From positions 15,686,001 to 15,750,000 of the forward strand of contig NC_086384.1 of NCBI RefSeq assembly GCF_036588685.1: DNA of 64,000 bases, in the 5' to 3' direction. Positions 49,700 through 61,228 of the stretch are shown here, piece by piece. The notes beneath the pieces were generated by a model. The model was not told the DNA's origin and made no database searches. It saw only the letters and a list, made by a program, of their open reading frames with translations. Position 1 is the first letter of the stretch. The number at the start of each line of letters is the position of its first letter. Position numbers and translations under genes: made by a program. This DNA is from Mytilus trossulus (taxonomy: Eukaryota).

Positions 49700-49950
49700 A
49701 AATTGTAAGCGGTCAAAAAACAGATCGTAACTACAAGAAAGCAACTCAAAATTTATCAAACTATTTACAGCTGTATCAACCAAAAGCAAGGTCTAATTTA
49801 AACTGTGCAGAAAAATGTAACAAGGATTCGTTGTGTAATTCATATACTTTTGATAATAGTGTTAAGGCATGTCGTCTGTATATGTTTGACATGACCGGAA
49901 GTAATCTTGTTTGCACCGGAAGTGACACATGCTACATTCGACAGTCATGA
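49700..49950 (+). CDS. gene 2 terminal exon, PAN/apple domain
   Basis: SNLNCAEKCNKDSLCNSYTFDNSVKACRLY...CYIRQS*; AATAAA at about 50221 and 50392. Confidence 0.85.
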
Positions 49951-50985
49951 TTTTTCGAATTGTTAAAAGTTTTACATGTATGATTTGTATTGTGATTCAG
50001 ACATATTATTGACTACGTTTCTGCCAAAAAATTGTTATTTGCAGCCATGATTTAAAACGACTATTTTGATTTCTAGATTATTTTGTTCTTCAAACTAAGG
50101 TTGTACATGCTACACCCTCGTACATTTTCTAGTGATGATTTGTTAGTTTGTATTATTCGTTACCAACTGAATGTTTGTTCTTGCGCCTGCATTTTGTGTA
50201 ATGTTTTGTTAGTTGCCTTGAATAAATATATTTTTTTTATAAATTTTTACGAAGATACATATTACTACGGTTGATGCAGAACTACATGTAGTATATTGTT
50301 AATTTATTGTTTATTTTGATATAGAGTTACATTATTGTTTAACATGTAAACTTGTCATCTATGTTTATAATTAAGTTTAGCAATACAATTTAATAAAACC
50401 AGCTTTACCTATTTCGTATTTATTCCACCTTTTCTTTTCCCTGGTATCAAAAGTCATTTATACAAAACAGTAAGCATGCCTTATAGAGAACTATGACGTG
50501 ACAATAGGATAATGAGAAAAGGAAAAGCCAAGAAAATAACAAGTAGATTTCGTTTTGTAATTTAAACAAAATAGTAAACATGCATTATAGATAAATATGA
50601 CATGACAATAGGATAATGAGAAAAGGAAAAGCCGAGAAAATAACATGTAGATTTCTACCAATCATTTGCCTAGAACAGTAAGATTGTTAACTAGTGAGGA
50701 GGAATATTTGTCTCAAAACGATTAAGATAATTGAAAAAAGCACAAACACACATTCTTGCAAGAAAGATTGTGATGACAGTAGAAGCTCCTAAACCAGGCG
50801 TCATTCTAGATTAGGATAGCATATTATAACTAGAATATAATGTGTAAAATTGGAGACTGATTCCTCCTAGTGTCTAAAAAAATTGTCTGTTGCAAATCAT
50901 GCATTTCTCTGTTCATGTTAAAATTAAACAACACAGTTCTTTTCAATTTGTTTCGTTTTATTTGGGGTCATTAGATAGTTGTGGT

Positions 50986-51016
50986 TTATCCAATAATAGT
51001 CCCACCGGTTTCGGTG
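50986..51016 (-). CDS. gene 3 (C-type lectin) terminal exon NTETGGTIIG*
   Basis: ttttgtAG acceptor, phase 2 matches upstream donor; AATAAA about 25 nt downstream. Confidence 0.7.
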
Positions 51017-52659
51017 CTACAAAAGATAAATTGTCACATAAACGGTTAAAATAAAACAACTCTAATACATAAAATAATATTAAAAAAAAGAAAGTATAAT
51101 TTAACGATGTCGTTTAACGAAATTATTTCCACGGAAATAGTCATATGATAATTATTCACCAAAAATATTTTCCGGTGTCTCCCGAATTCACACAATCGTC
51201 GTTTTATTTTGTTTATCACTTTGCTTTAAATATCGTTTTCTGAATGTGTTACTTCAATAAGTTTTTCGCATTCATACTATTATGCTTCAGTCTCATGTAA
51301 AATATAAGTACCGTCAAAATAATCGTTTATCACAACACATGAAAAGAGAATGGTTGCCCAATCATTAATACATAGTTTACTCCGACCCCGTGCAAAACAA
51401 CGAATACACTTGTATGTATGGGGCATGTATGGGGCATGTAGCAGTCAATCAATATTTTGCTATAAACGTCATATTTAAAGACGGTTGAATAATCGTGTCC
51501 TGGTTAGTTTCTTGCTTCTAAATGTGTTGTTTTCTATTCAGTTTTTCATAGAGTGTAGTTTGTTGTTTGGAAAAACAGGAAACTGTTAAAAACAAAATGC
51601 GTTGATTTGTACTACGGTAAGTCTGTTTGTCTTTTTCATTTTTAGCCATAACATTTTCAGTTTATTTTCGATCTATAAATTTGACTGTCCCTGATCTTTT
51701 GCACTTCTTTTGTAAAATCTGCACGTATAGAGTCTAAATTGTATACCGTGTTTCTATTTCCTGACTTAGAATTGTCAGTTTTCATTCGACTTAAAAATCT
51801 TTCACCTGTCTTTTATTAATTCTAATTTTATATCAATTGATCTTAAATATACAATTTAAACTCTTTACGTGCAGATTTTACAATTAAACTTGTTTTGTGC
51901 TTAACAGTTGGTTTGTCATTGAAACAGGCAAATATTTTCTCAGATTTTTCATTAATTCAATTTCGCTTACATGTATTTTGTATTCACAGACTTAATATCG
52001 ATCGGTAATGAAGAAAGTTTTTGCAGAAACAATGTTTAACGAAAGTCGGTCTTTATCCACAACGTTGTTTACCATTTAAGAACTAGGATAAAACAAACAA
52101 TTTATCTTCCGAATTTTGAACCATACTAATAATTATTTTTACCTTCTTTTTTTCGGTTCTAACAATACAAACGTGGAATGTTTTCAAATATATGCTATTG
52201 ATCCATTATTGGGTTTGAAAAGTTTGTTAATTGAGCTCAAATTTCTTTATGATTCAAATCCAGAAACATGCTCGTGAAGTATCATTTTATATAAAGTATC
52301 GTATTCGTTTACCTTACCCTTTTTTGCTATATTTCTTAGGTGTCAAACAGTACGTTGTATTCACAAATATCAATGGAACATAATAATAAAGTGTTAAATA
52401 GGAATTTTATAAAGTTAATTAATTAATCAAGACCACCTCTGGGTGTGTGATTTTCTAGCTCGTTGAAGACCCATTTGTGGTTTTCGGCTGTTGTCTGCTC
52501 TTTGGTCAGGTTGTTATCTCTTTGACATATTCCTCATTTCCATTTTTAATTTTATTTTACTGTTGACTTAACAAGAGAAACCTCTCACAAGTTGTGACTA
52601 ATAATAATTAAACAGCATTACGAACGATCATCCATACAATGTTTTTGTTAGTTACTAAC

Positions 52660-52753
52660 TTTGATTCACAAATGTATCCATGGTTTCCAGTACAATAGTC
52701 ATCAGTCCATTTGTAATTAAAATCTTTTCTCATTGCTAGACAGTGTTGTTTTC
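52660..52753 (-). CDS. gene 3 exon 5, CTLD C-terminus
   Basis: GKQHCLAMRKDFNYKWTDDYCTGNHGYICES; donor GTTAGT. Confidence 0.88.
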
Positions 52754-53841
52754 CTACATTATAAGTCACATAAAGAGTTATTCCTCAATGCTCGTCAACT
52801 TCGTACATTATTTATTATATGTAAACTGCAGTGGTGAATTGGTTAGCATTTTTAACTTTTTTATTCGAACGCCAAAATAATTTTAAATTATGGTATCTAT
52901 GATGATTTTTCTATTCTATAATTATGTATATTTTATGGCTTGCGATTTGCAGTTACAACTTGCATTTCACCATCAATGATCACTTTTCACTGTCATAACA
53001 TTTTAACCAAGTGTAAATGTGCATGCTTATTGATGTCATGAGACTTTCACAAAGATCTCGCTTTGTTTGGGGTTATTCACTTATTTTGATTAATATGTCA
53101 AATGAATTCTCTAGAAGATTTACAAAATATTGTCACTTCCTATCCATCTATTGTTTTTTTTTATTATTCTATCTTTGCATATGTAAATAAAGCCAACAAA
53201 GTGTTACAATGTTCAAAAGTCATAGATCGATGAAGCGGAAACAAAGTTCACAATTAAAAACCGATACATGAAAACACATCCACTGTAAGGGGTAAACAAA
53301 TGAACAATAGAAACATTTCTACAAAAACAACAGCCAACAGGCATAGAAAAGGACTATTTGATAATAAATGGCATATCTCCTTCTTGATACAAGACCTTAT
53401 AAGAATGATTGTATTATCTTATCCTAATAATATACTTTGTAAACGTGGGCTTGTTGTCCACGTTGTTTCTATAGTGATTAAGATGATGACACAATGTTGA
53501 CTGCTGTACCCATATTTTTGACATTTTAACCTTTTTGTGTCTGATTGCTTTGTTCACACATAGTTTTCAATATAATGAAATTTTATACGACTGTCATACA
53601 GGTGAGAGGTTTACCTAGCTATAAAACCAGGTTTAATCTACCCCTTTCTTCATGAGAAAATACCTGTACCAAGTCATAAATATTACAGTTGTTATTCATT
53701 CGTGTGGAGTGTTTGAGCTTTTGATTTTGTCATTTAATTAGGGATTCTCCTTTTTGAATATTCCTCAAAAATTCAGTATTTTGTTTTTATTTTACTTTGT
53801 ACGTGTAAACGTGGGCTTGTTTTACGTGTGAATTAACATAC

Positions 53842-53970
53842 CAGGATGATCTGGTTCTGTAGGATGCCAATCTGTATATCCCGCATTTATATTCTGTTCT
53901 GTCATCACCCAGAACCATTCTGTGCCGTTGTCAAACTGATCTGTACCTCCCAGCCAGAACATAAAACTTG
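53842..53970 (-). CDS. gene 3 exon 4
   Basis: FWLGGTD...WFW...YTDWHPTEPDHP. Confidence 0.92.
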
Positions 53971-54543
53971 CTGGTAATTGTACACAGAAAAAGAAGTAAT
54001 ATGATTTGTAAACTTTGACATCACAGAGTAAGACTTGTATGTAACAATGAAAATAATTTTAATCATTAACACTATAACCGGGATGACACATGTTTTTCTG
54101 GTGTGCAAAAGAACAACCCGTTTGTAAGCGGGATTTGTTTTGCTAAGTCTTAAGATATTTATAGAAAAAAACTATATATTAAGCAGTGGTATCTTCTGAA
54201 TGCATTTTTTATGCCAAATTACCATATAAATACACACACGTACATTAAGAGCATACAATTATACCCTTAATACCGAAAATAATTAAAATAATATCTGTTA
54301 ACAGAATGAAAGTGGTCCGTATTGCAACTTATGCCAATATCCCTCACATTGAATTTAGGCCGTGTAAACGCCAAAATTAGAATTCTTGCACAGAAATTCT
54401 ACACAGTGTCAACAAAACATCTATCAATTAGTAATTTCTAACAATAACTATGATAACAGGGGTCAGTTAATGCCTTATCCATAGGATAAGATGATGAAAT
54501 CGTTTCTTTTGAAAGTGGATAGACTATTAAAATATATTTTTAC

Positions 54544-54634
54544 CGAACTCGTGATGAAGACGTGCCTCTATGAAAGCTTCCTCTGATTGTGATTCTATCG
54601 CCACAAGAGATGAAGATACGCTCTGACATATATC
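54544..54634 (-). CDS. gene 3 exon 3
   Basis: DICQSVSSSLVAIESQSEEAFI. Confidence 0.9.
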
Positions 54635-55111
54635 CTGGAAAATATATATATAACACGGATTATATTATTTAACGGTACAACTATTCCTAAATTAAATTTA
54701 AAAAAAACAACGTTACATACTTCTATCCAAGGTAAAAAGTGTAAATGATTAATGTTTTAAAGATTCTAGAAAGGCATACAATTAGCCTTTTATCTGGGCA
54801 AAACAGTGTATTCGTTAGTCGTATTGAGTGTTTCAGAAACACGTGTACATCTTGAATTATGAAATGTTGTATTTTTACAACAATGTGTTTATAGAAATAA
54901 AAAGATCGTTAGACATGTTATATTTAATGTGTCTTTAAACTGATAGACTAACCCTGTAACCACAACACACGGGTTTTCACTTGATATGTTTCCTACATGT
55001 CACCGAACTGAAAAATTAAATCTTCGGTTTCTTTAATTCTTTATATATAAGACAAAGCTGTGTTCTCTGTTTAACAGTTAGATTACAAATGATGAACATT
55101 AAGCTACATAC

Positions 55112-55206
55112 CCTTGCAGCTTCCCAAGTTGCTGTGTCTTTACTAAACAGATAACACGAGTTGTCATGATGATCCCAGCCAGGTTGGCAATTGATAGCCG
55201 ATGCCC
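55112..55206 (-). CDS. gene 3 exon 2
   Basis: CQPGWDHHDNSCYLFSKDTATWEAAR. Confidence 0.92.
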
Positions 55207-55836
55207 CTGTCAAAGAAGTGAATGCATATACGAAAGGGTAAGTATTGTGATACTACACATGAAAGCATCAGCAATCAATAAGAATGCTTATACATATGTC
55301 TGCGTGAATGTTTGTATTTCTGTATGTATGATAATGTATGTGCATGTATGATGATGAAATGTGTGCGTGCATCCTATTATCGGAAATGTTATCGCGAAAA
55401 TAATGCAGTGATTCAGGGTGCTAACCACCATATCATGTTGAGACCAAGTTACAGAAAATGGGCTATGTCACAGATTTCAGTAAAATTTTTGCATACTACT
55501 CTGGCACAATAAGCTACCTAAACATGCTAAAATTTTAAAAATAATGCATTCATCTCATGACAAAATTAATGAGTTATAAATGCATAAGAGATTAAAGCAT
55601 TATTTTTTCGATTTTCAGTTGTAGGTTTACGAGGCAAGGCTGTATGCAAAATCAAAATAATTAACTCGTTAACAAAGAAAATAAATTTAAATTGCATGGG
55701 GACAAAGCACAGAAGCATAGTCAATGGAATCAACACGAAAGTCGATTATAAATTGTAATATTAAAAGTATAGCGTAACAAGACAAAAGGAAGAACAAAAT
55801 CGACAATGTAGATAATTGCTAAGTTGCTGTACTTAC

Positions 55837-55885
55837 TAAACACGAACAATGCTTGAATACTCAATAAGACAACAAAACTAGACAT
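55837..55885 (-). CDS. gene 3 exon 1, signal peptide of perlucin-like C-type lectin (162 aa total)
   Basis: MSSFVVLLSIQALFVF, donor GTAAGT, phase 1. Confidence 0.78.
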
Positions 55886-57364
55886 GTTTATTCGGAACTA
55901 AAGATTGTCACCTTTTCGGTTTACCTATATTGTAAACATGATAAACTATTTGATAAGGAAAATAAACTAGGTCAAGTTAATATTAGAAGGATATGTTTTC
56001 ACCAGCGACCGTGAAAGACCTTCATGTTTAGTCGAGGTAGATTAAAGTCACCCGCGTCTTCGTCTTAACATACAACTATTATAAACATAATAGTTTTAAC
56101 AAAATTCACTACATAAAAAATACTGTCTCGATTAAATGCAACAAAAATATTAAAAATTTAACCGTAAACTTGTTAAAAACTTATTTTCATAGCTGTATGT
56201 CAATATCATTCAATTTACGATAATTTATTGATAACATAATCTATATATATACATTTGTTGTGTTCAAGAGGCAAATTTTTACCAATTATATTTTGTACAG
56301 GGTTGTTGTTAAAGTTATTAGTTTTTTTAAACATAACTTCACAATTAAAATATGAGTCATCTAGACTCGACTGTGTATGCTGTATTCGTTATTTCAAATT
56401 TAATCGGATAGATAAGTTTCACCCAATTTTCAATCATTTAGTGAAAAAACATTGATCATCCATATAGCGGAAAAAAGGACGTTAAAGGATACGACGACAT
56501 TTTCCTAAGATGTTCTTGTATAAAGATAATATGAATGAACGACCAAGAGAATACTAGTTGGATCTCATTGGTTTTGTGATGCAATGCACGTCCCACCAAC
56601 GTAATAAATATGTTGTTAATCAAGAAATCGAACTAAATTTTCTTAGAAATTGCCAGTATTAAACCTTTGAATACATGTTACATGATGTATTTAAATACTC
56701 AACTGGTCCTTAGCATGTTGGTTAGCATTACTTGTGACTCACAATTATGCCATGGAAAATTTCAAAAAAAATTGAATTAAATCAAACGAAACAATAATAA
56801 AAGTTTGAAAAATAAAATAAAACAACCACCAAAAACAGACTTTACAGTAAAATTTATATCGATAACTATAAAAAAAACAACAACACTATAACAAGTTCTG
56901 AAGACAAAGTTTGTACCCATAATCTATACTTCATGGATTTCGTGCATTATTTGTGAAAGATAAAATGGATTGAGAAATTCTATTTCTACATTTTATATTG
57001 ATTTTATCCTTTTCTGGCTTTTACGAATTGATAAAGCCGTCTGAATTAATTTTTAATACCTTGTTAAGAAAATTATTACCATTATTGATGTTAAAGATTT
57101 TATAACTATATTTTATTGTTTACCTCACTAGAAAGGCAATTCAATCTTGTAAAGGTACTGTTAGAAGTATCGTAAAATCATTTCATTTATCGCGCACTTT
57201 ATGAAGTATTTATGAATATGTATCGGGTAGCTTTTCTTTGAAGAGAATGGACCAAAGTTTCAAGCCAAATAATAGCAAACTTGAAATGTGTTTATATTGA
57301 AGGTGTTAATTTATGCTACTTAATGTTAGGGTTCGTGTTTCTAAGTATTTGTATATCTATTTAC

Positions 57365-57650
57365 ACAGCCATGTATCACCATCATTGATGGCGATCCGAT
57401 GGATACATCTGTTGTAGGGTTGTCACTGACTCAGACGTACTTATGAATATAATTATTTTCTGTGACTGTATCTTACATTAGTTTGTAGGATCCTTTACTA
57501 TAGATAATTTAGCTGATCTGTAACAATAACATCTTCATGCCTTATATATCATGTACTGTAGTACGCCGCTAGATTAAAACTGACGTGGAAAGGTAACACA
57601 TGCCCACCGAGAGCTCTTCTTTTTTGAGAGCCCAGGTGGTCGTGTGGTCT
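57365..57650 (+). mobile_element. repeat ending in a tRNA-like A-box (family fragments also at 4160-4385 and 37993-38028)
   Basis: ctagattaaaactgacgtggaaaggtaacac...caggtggtcgtgtggtct; degenerate longer copy at 4160 has ttcgaattcc B-box-like motif. Confidence 0.5.
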
Positions 57651-59518
57651 TGCTTACAATGTAAACCGACGTAACTTATTGATGATGATTTTTGGAAGAA
57701 TTCTGTCATATGCGATACAGTATCACAGTTTGATCGTCAAATTTTTTTTTAGCTTGACAAAATCTACCAAACGTTGAGTATTACCAAAGGCTTATTTTTT
57801 CTAATATTGTCCAGTTACATGTAGCACACACAAAGCAAGATAGTCAGTCATATACCGATTTTTTTTCCTACAATAACAGAACAATAAAGACTTTCATTTG
57901 TTGGAATTCAAATATAAATGAATTCTTTTTATTTTGGTAGAAATTTCAGTGTTATCTAAAATGTAATAAAAAACAACAACACTGAAGTGTGAACTCCTGA
58001 TTCTTACAGGGCACTATCTATTTTTCATGGGGTTCGTGTTGCTCAAACTTTAAATTTCTGTGTTATTTTTTGTATCACTCGTTTGACTTTAAGACATGGT
58101 CATCTGAGTTTTCTGTTTATAATTTATGATTGCACGCGTGGTGTTTGTTTATTTTTATTTGATATTAAGGATCAACTTGACTTATTTTTTAGAGTTTTTA
58201 GCCCATTTTCACGGTCCACTGAACATGGAAAATTATAGTGCGAGTGGGGCATCCGTGTACTTGGGACACATTCTTGTTTGATATATTTTCTGATAAAATA
58301 CTTCATTTGAACAAATGGTTTATTGTTTTATGTACAGTAGTCAATATTGCGGATTAAAGCGTGGCAAAATAAAAGACTAAAAATTTCAGACAGACCTTCT
58401 TCTCTGTCGTACTTAATTTCTTGTAAGCAAACTCTCTCGTGTGATTAACCATATAAGATTGTCCGCAGTTGGCATGCATAATGATGTTGTGCCAAATATT
58501 AGATTATTTTCTTGGGTTTTTCATACAATAACTTGCCGTATTAAAAGTATAAAAGACATCTAGCTGCGGAAAAAAACTTTTAGTGTTTTTTAGAAAATAT
58601 GTAAGTGGGTTTTTTTCACACAACATTGTTAATATATATATATATAGTAGAAGGTTACGTAAATCATCACATATCGTGGTACTATGTCATAATGAGACTT
58701 GCTGATGTGTGGGATTTTATTATATTGTTTATAAAATCATTCCTCTCAAGACAGTAAAAATATACAGCGTGTCAAAACAAGCATTTGAAAAGTTTTAATA
58801 GAAATTTATCACAAATTAAATTTTAAATCGTGAATACGGCATTATTTTACAGAAGTATTTAATTGTATTAATATAAGAATAGACTGTTCAGTTCACATGG
58901 ATAACGTTATGTTTAGAAAAAATATCTCAATTTCAACGTGCAATTTATCGGTTTGTTCTACGTTACATTCTAGCGTTGACTACCGATAACGACGTCAAAT
59001 GCGATAAGGGTGGTTTTTGCTTGACGGTGGTGTTTTTAAAATGTTGTTTGCCTTTCGTTGCTTTTGTTTTTCGTGTTTGATAACGTCAGTGAGATCTCGT
59101 TGTTCCGAAGTTTGGAAGTTTGTTATTGGCACTGAACCTTGGAAGATAGATTCGTCTTTAAAGTTACAGATAACGTACATTATGTACTAGGCAACTAATT
59201 AATTATCGTGTTTATATGCAGTATCAATCAAGAGCTTGTTAGTTGATCGAAAGAAGTCGAAGTTTGTGGTATCATTTCATTGGAAAGCACTTATGAAGAA
59301 GTAAGAAATTTCAAGAAGTGTGTGACACAGCAATATAGCCAAATGGTTTTAGTATTGTGAACTTGAGAAAAATAATACAACACTTAGTGGTTTCTACTCC
59401 ATAACTTTATTTTTTTCCGTGCCATTGACAGAGATAAACGACATGTTTGATAGGATCATTTAAAAAGGGTACAATGATGTATTATAAAACTACCAGAAGT
59501 TCTTAAAAATCATATTAT

Positions 59519-60348
59519 CACTTTTACAAATATATGAATATTGTGTTTTAATTATAACATGTCATTCTTAAATTCAGCATATCAAAAGCATATGTTTGTT
59601 TTAAATATTTAAATCAACAAAAAGTATTGGTCGTAGAAGAATACACTTACTACTTATATTCATTTAAACTAGTTTTTGATATTCAAATTGTAGTTTGTAA
59701 TCCGGTTTTATCAAAATATATGGATATTTTGTTTTAATTATAACATGTCATTCTTAAACGCATCTTGTTAGTATAGTTACAACAGACTTTGTGTTAATGC
59801 CGTTCTTCTATAAAAAATAATGAGATTTAGCATTTCTTCTTATTGGAAATCAAACCTCAAAATTTCATTTCATCTTAATTAATAATTATTGATAAGATAG
59901 ATTCTATTAAATTGTTGTCCAATGAAAATGTGTCACTTTTTCAAATATATGAATATTTTGTTTTAATTATAACATGTCATTCTTAAATTCAGCATATCAT
60001 AAGCATATTTGTTTTAAATCTTTAAATCAACAAAAAGTATTGGTCGTAGAAGAAGGCACATACTACCTATATTCATTGAAACTAGTTTTAGATATTCAAA
60101 TTGTGGTTTGTAATCCGGTATTATCCAAATATATGGATATTTTGTTTTAATTATAACATGTCATTCTTACACTAATCTTGTTAGTATAGTTACAACATAC
60201 TTTGTGTTAATGCCAATGCCGTTCTTCTAATAAATAAGAGATTATGCATATTTCCTTATTGGAAATCAAACCTCAAAATGTCTTTCCATCTTAATTAGTA
60301 ATTATTGATAAGATAGATTCTATTAAATTATTGTCCAATGAAAATGTG
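59519..60348. repeat. ~415-bp tandem duplication upstream of gene 4
   Basis: 59519-59933 similar to 59934-60348; each has an internal sub-repeat. Confidence 0.9.
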
Positions 60349-61072
60349 CAAACACTATTTTCAAAGATGACGTAACATGATTGTTTTAAGTGAACTATTT
60401 AAAAGTCACAACAAGAAAATTAGAATTACACTTCTAAATATAATATAATTGCAATTGGAAACTTGGCATCAAAGTATGGCAAGATGAATTGGAAACTAGT
60501 ATTTATGTTCACCTTGTTTACCGGTTGTTTTGCATTGAAGGTCAAAAGTCGAAATTATACTATGGAAAAACAGAAGATCATTGTTTCGAACGAAACCTTA
60601 ATTGGTATCACTACAGAACTGTCTGATTAAGCATGTGCTCATCGGTGTTTAATGACACCAACATGTTGCTCGGCTGGTTACAAAATAAAAACCAATAAAT
60701 GTCTACTCAATTCCTGCTGCAATCCAGAAATACAGTCCTCGGAAAATGGGATATTCATACAGAAAACAGGTAAGTTTTATTTCGTATTATATTTGATACG
60801 ACGTGTAAAGGTCAACATACAGTTTTATCACAGTTTGGTCGATACCACTGTTTGTGGACGTTTCGTCCCTGAAGGTAGTCGTCACTTCAGTATTAATATG
60901 AATATTAATTTCTAGTATATGGTCAATTTCCTGTTTACACAACTTTGATTTTTTCGAGAAACTAAGGATTTTCTTATCCCAGGCATAGATATTACCTTAG
61001 GCGTATTTGTCACAGCTTTTTGGAATTTTGGGTCCTCAATGCTCTTTAACTTTGTATTTCAAATGTTTGGCT

Positions 61073-61121
61073 TTGAGCGTTCCTGATGGAGATAAATCCA
61101 GAAAAGCGCTTCGGACGCAAA
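61073..61121 (+). ncRNA. second-family type I hammerhead motif, core variant CUGAUGG
   Basis: gcgttc-CTGATGG-agataaatcca-GAAA-AGCGCT-TC|ggacgc; stem I pairs. Confidence 0.6.
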
Positions 61122-61182
61122 GAATTATCGAACGTGTTGTTTTCTTTTTTGTATTTGTTTGGCTTTTTAGTTATCTTGATCT

Positions 61183-61228
61183 GAGCGTCACTGGTGAGTC
61201 TCATGTAGACGAAACGCGCGTCTGGCGT
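61183..61228 (+). ncRNA. type I hammerhead motif, core variant CUGGUGA
   Basis: gagcgtca-CTGGTGA-GTC tcatgta GAC-GAAA-CGCGCG-TC|tggcgt. Confidence 0.75.

Noticed and set aside
51188-51239. Alternative terminal exon for gene 3 (KRYLKQ...TIV*)
   Set aside because: Weak pyrimidine tract; 50986-51016 has a better acceptor and an adjacent polyA signal.
60628-60630. Selenocysteine or programmed readthrough
   Set aside because: The codon is TAA, not TGA, and not at a Cys position.
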